Of a DNA stretch of 64,000 bases, positions 19,203-28,672 are shown piece after piece (positions within the stretch are counted from its first letter, which is position 1; every line of letters begins with the position of its first letter). The position numbers and the translations under genes are program-made. The notes below the pieces were generated by a model that worked only from the letters and a program-made list of their open reading frames with translations, searched no databases and was not told the origin of the DNA. Source of the DNA: Patescibacteria group bacterium (GTDB lineage Bacteria; Patescibacteriota; Patescibacteriia; UBA9934); contig JBBTSM010000001.1 of the NCBI GenBank assembly GCA_038064675.1, positions 40,446-104,445 of the forward strand, in the 5' to 3' direction.

Positions 19203-19880
19203 ATGCTCACACCAGCTCAAGAAAAACTCTTACAGCAGCTCACCACCAAGCGGGGCAGACGTGAGGCGGAAATGTTTGTGATTGAGGGAGAAAAGTTTGT
19301 TCGCGACGCTGGCGGACTGGTGGAGTTTACGTTTACGCCTGCCGATACCACGAGATTCGCGGAGTACGTTTCCACGGAAACGCCCCAGGCATTTGCTGCT
19401 GTTGCTCGTATTCCAAAAGTCACAATGAAACGGTTTGCGGAATCGGCAACAATTGTTGTGCTCGATGGCGTGCAGGATCCAGGAAATGTTGGAACCATTT
19501 TGCGTGCTGCGCTCGGATTTGGTGCGAGTGTTCTCCTTGTAGAGTCTGCGGAGGTGACGAATCCAAAGGTGGTGCGCGCATCGGCGAGTGCAATTTTGCG
19601 AACACCGTGGATGACCGTGGCCCGAGAAGACGCTGGTGCAATTATTGCATCATTTCACAGGCCAGTGTATCGGCTTGAGTTGCGCGACGGTGCGGTGCTG
19701 CCGGACGAAATTCGCATAGAGCCGTGCGTGGTTGTTGCGGGCAGCGAAGGGAAGGGAATTACGCTTCCTGTTGCGGGAACATCTGTAGCAATTCCACATA
19801 ATCCAGCGCTCGAATCGCTGAACGTTGGTGTTGCAACGTCAATTATTTTGTATGAACGCTCCAAGCAAATCACCGTTTAG
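19203..19880 (+). CDS. SpoU/TrmH-family RNA 2'-O-methyltransferase
   Basis: VLDGVQDPGNVGTILR, GSEGKG and ESLNV motifs of the SPOUT class. Confidence 0.8.
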   Translation: MLTPAQEKLLQQLTTKRGRREAEMFVIEGEKFVRDAGGLVEFTFTPADTTRFAEYVSTETPQAFAAVARIPKVTMKRFAESATIVVLDGVQDPGNVGTILRAALGFGASVLLVESAEVTNPKVVRASASAILRTPWMTVAREDAGAIIASFHRPVYRLELRDGAVLPDEIRIEPCVVVAGSEGKGITLPVAGTSVAIPHNPALESLNVGVATSIILYERSKQITV

Positions 19881-21057
19881 TGTTTTGCAGCAGCATGGCG
19901 CTGCGCGACGGGGCACCTTGAATACCATGCACGGCGTCGTAGAAACGCCGGTGTTTATGCCGATCGCCACGGCTGGTGCGTTAAAGACGTTGTTGCCAAG
20001 CGAGGTGACGAATCTTGGCGCGTCGATTATTTTGGGGAACACGTATCACCTTTTGCTTCGCCCGGGCGAAGAGGAATTGAAGAAGCTCGGCGGCGTTCGA
20101 TCATTTATGCATTGGGACGGTCCGTTGCTGACGGATAGTGGGGGATACCAAGTGTTTAGTTTGTCCAAGTTGAATAAGACAGACGACGATGGCGTAACGT
20201 TTCAGTCACATATCGACGGGAGTTCGCATCGGCTTACTGCGGAACGATCGATGGAAATTCAAGATGCAATTGGTTCGTCCATTCGCATGCAGTTCGACGA
20301 CGTCGCGGCAGGAAATTCGACTCGCGATCGGTACACGGAAGCGATGGAACGATCGCTCCGTTGGGCCGCGCGATCGAAGGCAAAATTTAATGAACTTGTT
20401 TCCACGACAACCCTCCCCCTTACGAAGGGGGAGTTGGAGGGGGTCCGACCATTACTCTTTGGCATCATCCAAGGTGGCACACACCTCGATCTTCGCGCGC
20501 GATCGCTTCAGGGCCTTACTGATATCGGCTTTGATGGATACGCGATTGGCGGACTTTCTGTTGGCGAATCGCGTGAGGACGCATTTCGTATTGTGCGATC
20601 GTTGGCAAAAGAAATGCCAACGGATCGGCCACGATATTTTATGGGCGGTGGAATGCCAGAAGAAATTGTTGCGTATGTTTCGTTTGGTGTGGACATGTTC
20701 GATTGTGTGTTGCCTACACGCAACGCTCGGCACGGATCGTTGTTTGTCTGGAAGGGAAATCCAAAGGATGCAGTTCGCGAGGCGTTTACTCGGGCAATGG
20801 ACGGCGCGGCAGATTTTCGTATCGCGGAAGCGTTGTACGAAAAGATCCAAATCACGAACGAACGATTTACTGCCGACGAAACACCGATTGATTTCTGGAA
20901 TGACGCTGAAACGTCAAAAACGTTTTCTCGGGCGTATCTGCGTCATCTTTTTAAAACCGGTGAAACGCTCGGACTTCGGCTGGCAACACTGCAAAATCTG
21001 GGCTTTTATCTGAGAATGATGGAGGAACTTCGTGAATGCACAGCGAATCCCTTGTGA
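19852..21057 (+). CDS. tgt: Queuine tRNA-ribosyltransferase carrying a roughly 15-aa in-frame insertion (TTLPLTKGELEGVRP)
   Basis: Aligns with E. coli Tgt from GVVETPVFMP through MFDCVLPTRNARHG. The insertion sits before the FGIIQGG block, where E. coli has only GNKNA. Confidence 0.9.
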   Translation: MNAPSKSPFSVLQQHGAARRGTLNTMHGVVETPVFMPIATAGALKTLLPSEVTNLGASIILGNTYHLLLRPGEEELKKLGGVRSFMHWDGPLLTDSGGYQVFSLSKLNKTDDDGVTFQSHIDGSSHRLTAERSMEIQDAIGSSIRMQFDDVAAGNSTRDRYTEAMERSLRWAARSKAKFNELVSTTTLPLTKGELEGVRPLLFGIIQGGTHLDLRARSLQGLTDIGFDGYAIGGLSVGESREDAFRIVRSLAKEMPTDRPRYFMGGGMPEEIVAYVSFGVDMFDCVLPTRNARHGSLFVWKGNPKDAVREAFTRAMDGAADFRIAEALYEKIQITNERFTADETPIDFWNDAETSKTFSRAYLRHLFKTGETLGLRLATLQNLGFYLRMMEELRECTANPL

Positions 21058-21089
21058 AAACTCTGAATTTTGCCTAGAATGCTCGCACT

Positions 21090-23087
21090 ATGAATCGTAC
21101 CGCGATTGGTGCATTTTTCCTTGTAGTGTTCGCTGTAGGCGCCGGTGTCCTGTCCTTTCCGAAAGAATGGAATGGTGCAATGGCTGCAATGAAGGACAAG
21201 GTAGGTTTTCACCTTCCGTATGTTCCGGAAAACGACTTTACCCTTGGTTTAGACCTGAAGGGCGGTGCACACTTGGTGTATGAGGCCGACATGTCGTCCA
21301 TCGACGAAGCTGAACGCGAAACCGCGCTTGGTGGAGTGCGCGATGTGGTGGAACGTCGTGTGAACGCATTCGGTGTTGCAGAACCAATTGTCCAAACGAA
21401 CATCGCCGACGGTCACTACCGTGTGTTGGTGGATCTTCCTGGCGTTACCGACGTGAAAGATGCAATTGCGCAGATTGGTGAAACGCCGGTGCTGGCCTTC
21501 CGTACGCCAATTACCGACGTGAGCACCACGCCAACTGCTGAACAGCAGCAGCAAATTGACGACGCGCAGAAGACTGAGCGTGTTGCTGCGCTTGCGGTGA
21601 TGGATCGCGCACTTGCCGGCGAAGACTTTGCAGCGCTCGCAAAAGAATATTCCATTGATGCAACCACTAAGGATATCGGCGGATATGTTGGGTTTGTTGT
21701 TGCCGACGACGCAGAATACGACGGGCTTGTGACACAGTTCGAAAAGGGCCGTACGAAGTTCGGTGTCGTCAATGGCTTGTACGAAGGCACAAGCACAATG
21801 CATATCGTGAAGTACATCAGCAAGAAAACAGAATCTGAGCCACGGATCTCACACATTCTCATTTGTTACGCTGGCGCTCCAAGCTGTACGCAGTCACGAA
21901 CAAAGGAAGAGGCACTCGCGCTTGCAACACAGCTTCAGGCAGAAGCAACAACAAAAAACTTTGCTGATTTGGCAAAAACGAATTCCGACGATGGTGGGAG
22001 CAAGGATGTTGGCGGAGACGTTGGATATGTTACGCGAGGCAAAATGGTGAAGCCATTTGAAGACGCCGCATATGCAACGCGCGATACCAAAATTTCCGCT
22101 GTGGTGGAATCAGAATATGGTTATCATATTTTGTATCGTGTCGGTTCCCGTCCATCACGTAGCTACGAAATTGCGCAGATCGAAATGCCTTGGACGACCG
22201 CATCTGACATTTTGACGGTGGATCCTTGGAAGAATACAGAACTTTCTGGAAAGGATGTGAAGCACGCATCGGTGGCGTTCGATCAGACTACTGGTGCGCC
22301 GTACATCGTGCTCGATTTCAATGAAAACGGTACGCAACTGTTCGGTGAACTCACAAAAGATAATGTTGGAAAAGTCATCGGCATTTTCTTGGACGGTCAG
22401 CCAATCACCACGCCTGTTGTTCAAGAGCCAATCTACGGCGGTCAGGCTTCTATCACTGGAAGCTTCACTATCGCTGAGGCGAAGCTGCTTGCACAGCGGT
22501 TGAACGCTGGAGCATTGCCAGTGCCAATTTCGGTGGTCAGCCAGCAGACTATTGGTCCAGCGCTTGGAACTGCATCGCTTGATCTGAGCGTGAAAGCGGG
22601 CCTCATCGGGTTCCTTCTTGTTGCGCTGTTCGTGATTGGATACTACCGCCTTCCTGGCGTGGTCGCCGTTGGTGCTCTTGGCGTATACGCCTTGATCAAC
22701 TTGGCGCTCTTCAAGATTCTCGGCGTTACCATCACCTTGTCTGGTATTGCTGGATTCATCTTCTCCCTGGGTATTGCGGTGGACGCGAACGTGCTCATCT
22801 TTGAGCGCCTGAAGGAAGAGCTTCGCAATGGTCGCGATCTCCCAACGGCAATGGAGGAAGCCTTCCGCCGTGCATGGCCTTCGATTCGCGACGGTAACGC
22901 AACGACGCTTATCGCGACCGGAATTCTGTACACGATGACATCTGGTTCGGTTCGTGGATTCGCGCTCACCTTGGCGCTTGGTGTGTTCGTGTCGTTGTTC
23001 TGCGCGTTCGTGGTGTCGCGCTTTGTTCTTCGTCGTCTTGCGCGTATGCCAAAACTGCGAAAGTCGTTCTTCTTCCTTGGTCTCTAA
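21090..23087 (+). CDS. secD: Protein translocase subunit SecD with two tandem parvulin-type PPIase domains inserted in the periplasmic P1 region
   Basis: N-terminal TM helix. P1-base motifs LGLDLKGGAHLVY and FLDGQPITTPVV. C-terminal 6-TM bundle. In between lie two PpiC-like domains (..FAALAKEYS.D...GGYVGF.., and HILICYAG...FADLAKTNSDDGGSKDVGGDVGYVTRGKMVKPFEDAAYA...EYGYHILYRV). Confidence 0.85.
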   Translation: MNRTAIGAFFLVVFAVGAGVLSFPKEWNGAMAAMKDKVGFHLPYVPENDFTLGLDLKGGAHLVYEADMSSIDEAERETALGGVRDVVERRVNAFGVAEPIVQTNIADGHYRVLVDLPGVTDVKDAIAQIGETPVLAFRTPITDVSTTPTAEQQQQIDDAQKTERVAALAVMDRALAGEDFAALAKEYSIDATTKDIGGYVGFVVADDAEYDGLVTQFEKGRTKFGVVNGLYEGTSTMHIVKYISKKTESEPRISHILICYAGAPSCTQSRTKEEALALATQLQAEATTKNFADLAKTNSDDGGSKDVGGDVGYVTRGKMVKPFEDAAYATRDTKISAVVESEYGYHILYRVGSRPSRSYEIAQIEMPWTTASDILTVDPWKNTELSGKDVKHASVAFDQTTGAPYIVLDFNENGTQLFGELTKDNVGKVIGIFLDGQPITTPVVQEPIYGGQASITGSFTIAEAKLLAQRLNAGALPVPISVVSQQTIGPALGTASLDLSVKAGLIGFLLVALFVIGYYRLPGVVAVGALGVYALINLALFKILGVTITLSGIAGFIFSLGIAVDANVLIFERLKEELRNGRDLPTAMEEAFRRAWPSIRDGNATTLIATGILYTMTSGSVRGFALTLALGVFVSLFCAFVVSRFVLRRLARMPKLRKSFFFLGL

Positions 23088-23091
23088 TCCT

Positions 23092-23994
23092 ATGAAACTC
23101 TCCTTAAACGTTATCGGCCGTTCAAAACTGTGGTTGGCGATCTCTGGCGGCATCATTGTTGCTGCGTTCATTGCGCTGTTCACATACGGACTGAATTTCG
23201 GCATTGATTTCACCGGTGGAAGCTTACTTCAGGTGAACGCGCCGACTGCAACGGTTGAGTTGTTGCGCGACGCAGTAACGACTGCGGGATTTGAGCCTGT
23301 GGTTCAGCAAGGTGAGGGTGACGCGTACTTTGTTCGTCTTGCACCAGTGACAGAAGAGCAACACCAAACTATTCTCACCGCGGTGAAATCGGTTTCTCCT
23401 GATGCAACGGAAATCCGTTTCGATACCGTTGGTCCGGTGATCGGCGGCGAGCTTGAGAATGCTTCGTTGAAGGCAACCGCATTGATGCTCCTTCTCATTA
23501 CACTCTACGTTGCTTGGGCATTCCGCAAAGTGACCCGTCCAGTTGCGTCGTGGAAATACGGCGTGGTTACGATGATCGCGGCGTTTCACGACGTGATTAT
23601 TCCGCTCGGCGTGTTCGCGATTCTTGGTCATTACTTTGGATACCAGGTGGATATGGCCTTCGTCGCGGCAGTGCTGACGATTCTCGGATACTCCATTAAC
23701 GACACCATCGTGGTTCTGGACCGAACGCGTGAGAACCTTATCCGTCATCGTCATGGCGATGCGTCGTTCGGCGACATTGTGAATAAGAGTGTTTTGGAAA
23801 CTATCGCGCGTTCATTGAACACCACATTCGCAACGCTGCTCCCACTTCTCGCGGTATTCATTGTTGGCGGATCAACCACTCGTCCATTCGTTCTCGCGCT
23901 CATCATCGGTATGCTTTCCGGAGCATATTCATCTATCTTCGTCGCAAGCCCACTGCTCGTGGAATGGGAGAAATGGAGAGCGCATCGGACCTAA
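23092..23994 (+). CDS. secF: Protein translocase subunit SecF
   Basis: Starts 5 nt after the secD stop. FGIDFTGGSLLQV and conserved SecF TM motifs. Confidence 0.9.
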   Translation: MKLSLNVIGRSKLWLAISGGIIVAAFIALFTYGLNFGIDFTGGSLLQVNAPTATVELLRDAVTTAGFEPVVQQGEGDAYFVRLAPVTEEQHQTILTAVKSVSPDATEIRFDTVGPVIGGELENASLKATALMLLLITLYVAWAFRKVTRPVASWKYGVVTMIAAFHDVIIPLGVFAILGHYFGYQVDMAFVAAVLTILGYSINDTIVVLDRTRENLIRHRHGDASFGDIVNKSVLETIARSLNTTFATLLPLLAVFIVGGSTTRPFVLALIIGMLSGAYSSIFVASPLLVEWEKWRAHRT

Positions 23995-24051
23995 AAATTC
24001 CTCAGAATCAAAGCGAGCTCGAAAGGGCTCGTTTTGATTTGGTAACCTTTA

Positions 24052-24195
24052 CATCGCGAGCTGGTGGCTCGGATACATTCTTCTGCACTCCGCGCGAATC
24101 CCCTACGCTGCGACGTCTCGCTGATGCTCGACTGCAGCTGTGGGGCGGCGTGCTCGTTGGAAGAATGTATCCTCACCACTGGCGTTCGCGATGAC
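24052..24195 (+). repeat. Modular intergenic repeat, partial copy C (central body only); downstream of secF
   Basis: CATCGCGAGCTGGTGGCTCGGATACATTCTT...GTGCTCGTTGGAAGAATGTATCCTC.CCACTGGCG.TCGCGATG is collinear with 12436-12590. Confidence 0.8.
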
Positions 24196-24374
24196 TCGGT
24201 TCGACTTGGAGCGGCGTGCTATAATTCAACGGACAGGACTTCCTTATTTGAGGCTAGTTTCGATGAACGAGGAGCAAAGATCGCGAGGCGTACTTCACGG
24301 TACGTTGAGCGATTTTGCGACGAAGTGAGTCGAAAATAGACCAAATGAGGAAGTGCTAAAGGACTTTATCGCCT

Positions 24375-25865
24375 ATGATTGGCATCGCCATCCACCTCCC
24401 AAACGCTGTCGTGCACTACCTGAATGTCACGCCTTTTCCTCTCATGATGACGCAGGCATTGCTGCTCGTGGGTTGGGTTCCAATTCTTGGCGTGATTATT
24501 TGGGGTTTAACGCACATCTGGTTGGATTTTAAGCAAGGAATTTACAGCAAGTCCTTAAAATGGGTGCTTCTTGAGGTGAATGTTCCGCAGGACGCGATCA
24601 ATACGCCAAAAGGCATGGAGAACTTCTTCATGAACCTTTCAGGTGTGAAATCTGGCATTACCTGGCGCGAAATTTGGCTGCTTGGAAAAGAGCAGGCGTC
24701 GTTTAGTTTTGAAATCGTCAGCAACGAAGGGCGCATTCAGTTCCTCATCCGCACGATTGATAAATACCGTGATTTGGTTGAAGCGGCATTGTACGCACAG
24801 TATCCAGAAGCACAGTTCACGGAAGTTCCTGACTACGTCATGCAAATTCCAAAGGAATATCCAAACAATGAATACGACGTGTTTGGCGGTGAATTGGCGT
24901 TGTCGAATAAGTCGTATTTTCCAATCCGTACGTTCGAAGATTTTGAGCATCAGGGTGAGAAAGATTTTCGATTCAAGGATCCATTGCTGCCAATCATCGA
25001 AATGATGGGGAAAATGCGAGAGAAAGAGCACTACTGGATCCAGTTTGTTATTCGTCCGCCAGAGGATCAGCATTGGACGAAAGATGGTATCGCCTACTTG
25101 AACAAGATGATGGGCAAGGAGGAGAAGCATAAGCCGGGGTTCATGGATTCTTTGTCGGAGAACGCGCTGTGGCTTCCAAAGGGTATCGCGTCGCAGTTGA
25201 TTGGTTTTGGTGGCGCTCCGGGCGACCATAAGGAAGAAAAGAAGGACGACTTCCGTATGTTCCGCATGACGCCGCAGGAACGATTGATGCTCGATGCTGT
25301 GGCAGAAAAGATTTCCAAAGTTGGCTGGAAAACAAAGATTCGTTACTTATATGCCGGTCCAAAAACTGCGTTCCGTAAGGGATTGATGGCGAGTTCTATG
25401 AAGGGCATGTGGGCAGTATTTACGAACCAGAATCTCAATGGATTAAGTTTGCACGGTCCTGCCGTGCCAAAGGACGATTACTTCTGGCAAGCATGGCAGA
25501 TGCCGCAGAAACAAAAGAACCTTGTTTCTCGATTCCAGCGTCGTAGTGGTGGCGAAGGTGGAAGTTGGCAAATGTTGAATACCGTGGAGCTCGCAACGCT
25601 CTTTCACTTCCCAGCGGCAGATGCGCGTACGCCGGTGCTTTCTACCACCGGAGCCCGTCGTGCTGAAGCGCCAAGTACATTGCAGGTCGCGATGCACGAC
25701 GAACCGCAGCTTCAGAATTGGAAGCTTCAGAATGCGGATGCCAAGGAAGAAGAGCGCGTCCAAAGTCTTCCTATTGCTCCGCTCAGCGTTCCAACGCCAG
25801 TGTCTCCTACTGAACATACGTTGCCGCATGAGCCCGACGATGTTCCGCCGAATCTCCCGATGTAA
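24375..25865 (+). CDS. Hypothetical membrane protein (two N-terminal TM helices plus a large soluble domain); probable partner of the downstream ATPase
   Basis: Its stop is 6 nt before the ATPase start. No recognisable motifs. Confidence 0.55.
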   Translation: MIGIAIHLPNAVVHYLNVTPFPLMMTQALLLVGWVPILGVIIWGLTHIWLDFKQGIYSKSLKWVLLEVNVPQDAINTPKGMENFFMNLSGVKSGITWREIWLLGKEQASFSFEIVSNEGRIQFLIRTIDKYRDLVEAALYAQYPEAQFTEVPDYVMQIPKEYPNNEYDVFGGELALSNKSYFPIRTFEDFEHQGEKDFRFKDPLLPIIEMMGKMREKEHYWIQFVIRPPEDQHWTKDGIAYLNKMMGKEEKHKPGFMDSLSENALWLPKGIASQLIGFGGAPGDHKEEKKDDFRMFRMTPQERLMLDAVAEKISKVGWKTKIRYLYAGPKTAFRKGLMASSMKGMWAVFTNQNLNGLSLHGPAVPKDDYFWQAWQMPQKQKNLVSRFQRRSGGEGGSWQMLNTVELATLFHFPAADARTPVLSTTGARRAEAPSTLQVAMHDEPQLQNWKLQNADAKEEERVQSLPIAPLSVPTPVSPTEHTLPHEPDDVPPNLPM

Positions 25866-25871
25866 TTCGCT

Positions 25872-27863
25872 ATGCGCTACGAACACGACCACGAGAAGGA
25901 CATTGTCTATTTTGGCCAAACCAACTTCCGCAATCAAATGCGGAGGTTTGGCATTAAAACCGATGATCGCCGTCGCCACATGTACATTGTGGGAAAAACG
26001 GGTATGGGAAAAACGGTACTTCTCGAAAACATGATTCTTGCGGATATTTACGCTGGCCACGGCTGTGCGTACATCGATCCGCACGGAGACACAGTTCAAA
26101 AGATTCTCGACTATATTCCATCGTGGCGCATTAACGACGTGGTGTATTTCAATCCAGCGGACGGTGATTTTCCTGTTGCGTTCAACATGTTGGAGAAAAC
26201 GGAGGGTTGGGAGAACGTAAAGGATTACAACGCAAAGGTCATGTATGGGCTTCTTTCGATTTTTAAGAAGGTGTGGGAGAACGTGTGGAGTGCCCGCATG
26301 GAATACATTCTGCAGTACACGATTCTTGCGTTGCTTGATACTCCAGGCACGACGCTGCTTGGTATCAACCGCATGCTGTCCGATAAGGAATATCGCACAG
26401 AGATCGTCCAAAACGTGAAGGATCCAATGGTTCAGGCATTTTGGTTGAAGGAATTTGCGCAGTACGACGTAAAATTTGCCGCAGAGGCTTCCGCGCCAAT
26501 TCAAAACAAGGTTGGTCAATTTCTCGCATCAACGATGATGCGAAACATTGTTGCGCAATCAAAATCGTCGTTCAACTTCCGCGAAGTGATGGATGGACAG
26601 AGGATTCTGCTCATCAACCTGTCGAAAGGTCAGATTGGTGAGGACGCGATGCGTATTCTTGGTGGTATGTTGATTACAAAAATCTACATGTCTGCCATGG
26701 AACGCGTGAATATTCGCGACGAAAACGAGCGCGTAGATTTTTATTTGTACGTTGATGAATTCCAGAACTTTGCCACGGAATCGTTTGCGGACATTTTGTC
26801 AGAAGCTCGAAAATATCGTCTCAATCTCATTATCGCCCATCAGTACATCGCTCAGCTTGATAGCATGACGTCTACCGCAGTTCGGGATGCGGTGTTCGGT
26901 AACGTCGGAACAATGATTACGTTCCGTATTGGTGCGAAGGATGCAGAATTCTTGGAAAGTGAGTTCATGCCTCGATTCACGCCAGAGGATCTTATCAACC
27001 TTGCAAAGTGGAATATCTATTTGAAACTGATGATTGATGGTGTGAGTAGCCAGCCGTTCTCTGCAGCGACGCTTCCGCCAATCGGTCAGCGAACGGGAAG
27101 TGAGGAAAAGGTCATCGAACAATCACGTGAACGATTTGGTGGAAATCGGAAGATGATTGAGGAACATGTGATGACATGGAGCGGATTTAATCCAGATCTC
27201 GATGTTGGCGAAGCGTTTGCAAAGGTTGCTGCAGAAAAGAAAGAAGCGAAGAAGGCCCGATTCGCTCACGAGTACACCTGTGCTCGTTGTGGAAAATTAT
27301 TTACGTTGCCAGTGGAGCTTGATAAGAGCCGTCCAATCTACTGCGACGATTGTCATGCCCTCATGGTGGAAGAGCGGAAGAAGAAGGGATCATCGAAGCC
27401 ACCGCAAGGAAAGCAATACCCACCTGAGCCACCGAAGATATCGGCGAGCGAAATGGTTGTTATTCCCACGCCTGGAGAGGCATTACTAGAATCGTTACCG
27501 CCGCGACCCGAGGCTCCGCCGGCTCCTGAGGCTCTCGTCGCCGATCGCACCGAACTCAAAAGTACACCGAACGACGGCCATACGCATAAGCTTGTTCCTG
27601 TCGTTCCTCCTGCGCCCCGACCACAGCCTGCGCCGTCGATTCCTCGGTCTGCAGCTTCGGCGCCAACCGTGCCTACTGCAGAGGGTCAGCCGGCAAAGAA
27701 AAAGCGTCGTCGAAAAAAGAAGTCGTCTGGACTTGGTTCATCGATGTCGCCAATCCCGGTGCCTGTGCCAAAGCCAGCACAAGATCCTGTTGCTGCGGCG
27801 ATGTCTGCCGGACCGGTTCCAACCCCTGTCGCTCCTGGCGAGCGAATCAGTTTCGATTCATAA
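25872..27863 (+). CDS. TraD/VirD4-like (type IV coupling protein family) P-loop ATPase with a C-terminal C4 zinc ribbon and a Pro/Ala-rich basic tail
   Basis: Walker A YIVGKTGMGKT. Walker B LYVDEFQNF. Zinc ribbon CARCGKLFTLPVELDKSRPIYCDDCH. KKKRRRKKK tail. Confidence 0.75.
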   Translation: MRYEHDHEKDIVYFGQTNFRNQMRRFGIKTDDRRRHMYIVGKTGMGKTVLLENMILADIYAGHGCAYIDPHGDTVQKILDYIPSWRINDVVYFNPADGDFPVAFNMLEKTEGWENVKDYNAKVMYGLLSIFKKVWENVWSARMEYILQYTILALLDTPGTTLLGINRMLSDKEYRTEIVQNVKDPMVQAFWLKEFAQYDVKFAAEASAPIQNKVGQFLASTMMRNIVAQSKSSFNFREVMDGQRILLINLSKGQIGEDAMRILGGMLITKIYMSAMERVNIRDENERVDFYLYVDEFQNFATESFADILSEARKYRLNLIIAHQYIAQLDSMTSTAVRDAVFGNVGTMITFRIGAKDAEFLESEFMPRFTPEDLINLAKWNIYLKLMIDGVSSQPFSAATLPPIGQRTGSEEKVIEQSRERFGGNRKMIEEHVMTWSGFNPDLDVGEAFAKVAAEKKEAKKARFAHEYTCARCGKLFTLPVELDKSRPIYCDDCHALMVEERKKKGSSKPPQGKQYPPEPPKISASEMVVIPTPGEALLESLPPRPEAPPAPEALVADRTELKSTPNDGHTHKLVPVVPPAPRPQPAPSIPRSAASAPTVPTAEGQPAKKKRRRKKKSSGLGSSMSPIPVPVPKPAQDPVAAAMSAGPVPTPVAPGERISFDS

Positions 27864-27872
27864 TTCTCTTGT

Positions 27873-28646
27873 ATGGCGGTGATTTCCGCACTCGTTCTTG
27901 GGCTTGTTGAGGGAATCACCGAGTTCTTGCCCGTGTCATCGACCGGTCATCTCATTCTCTTCAACGAATGGTTTTCGTTCGCGCCGGAGTTTACGAAGAT
28001 GTTCGATATTGTGATTCAGCTTGGGGCGATTCTTGCGGTGCTCGTGGTTTTTTCGAAGCGGGTACTTCCTCGAACGCCATCGAATCTGAAACTCTGGAAA
28101 CGGTTTACGGTCTCGGTAATTCCAGCGCTTGTTATTGGAGCTTTGTTCGGATCAGCGATCCAGAAGGCACTGTTCAATCCAACGGTTGTTGCGATTGCGC
28201 TTATTGTTGGCGGCGTATTTTTGCTGGTCGCTGAGCGCTTTCGTCCAAAGCAGACAATTACTGATCTTGGACAGATGAGTTACGGAAAAGCGTTTGCGAT
28301 TGGTTGTATTCAGTGCTTCGCCTTCATTCCGGGAACTTCGCGATCTGCCGCGACCATCATTGGCGCGATGTTTCTTGGAGCTTCAAGAACCGCGGCAACG
28401 GAATACTCGTTTTTTCTTGCGGTGCCGACCATTGCGGCAGCATCGGCGTATTCTTTATTGAAGACTCCAGTCACGCTGAGCGGAAATGATTTCGCCATAC
28501 TCACGATCGGATTCGTGACTGCATTCGCCTCCGCTCTCGTCGTTATTCGATTATTTCTCCAATATATTCGGAATAAAACATTCGCTCCGTTCGCATATTA
28601 CCGAATTGTGCTTGGCATCGTCGTCCTGATCTTCTTTGCCCGATAG
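27873..28646 (+). CDS. uppP: Undecaprenyl-diphosphate phosphatase
   Basis: UppP/BacA signature EFLPVSSTGHLIL and polytopic membrane topology. Confidence 0.9.
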   Translation: MAVISALVLGLVEGITEFLPVSSTGHLILFNEWFSFAPEFTKMFDIVIQLGAILAVLVVFSKRVLPRTPSNLKLWKRFTVSVIPALVIGALFGSAIQKALFNPTVVAIALIVGGVFLLVAERFRPKQTITDLGQMSYGKAFAIGCIQCFAFIPGTSRSAATIIGAMFLGASRTAATEYSFFLAVPTIAAASAYSLLKTPVTLSGNDFAILTIGFVTAFASALVVIRLFLQYIRNKTFAPFAYYRIVLGIVVLIFFAR

Positions 28647-28672
28647 TTCATTTTCGAGTACCGTAGCCGCGT

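Noticed and set aside
22155-23213. 352-aa minus-strand ORF
   Set aside because: It is antisense to secD/secF, which have strong homology. Shadow ORF.
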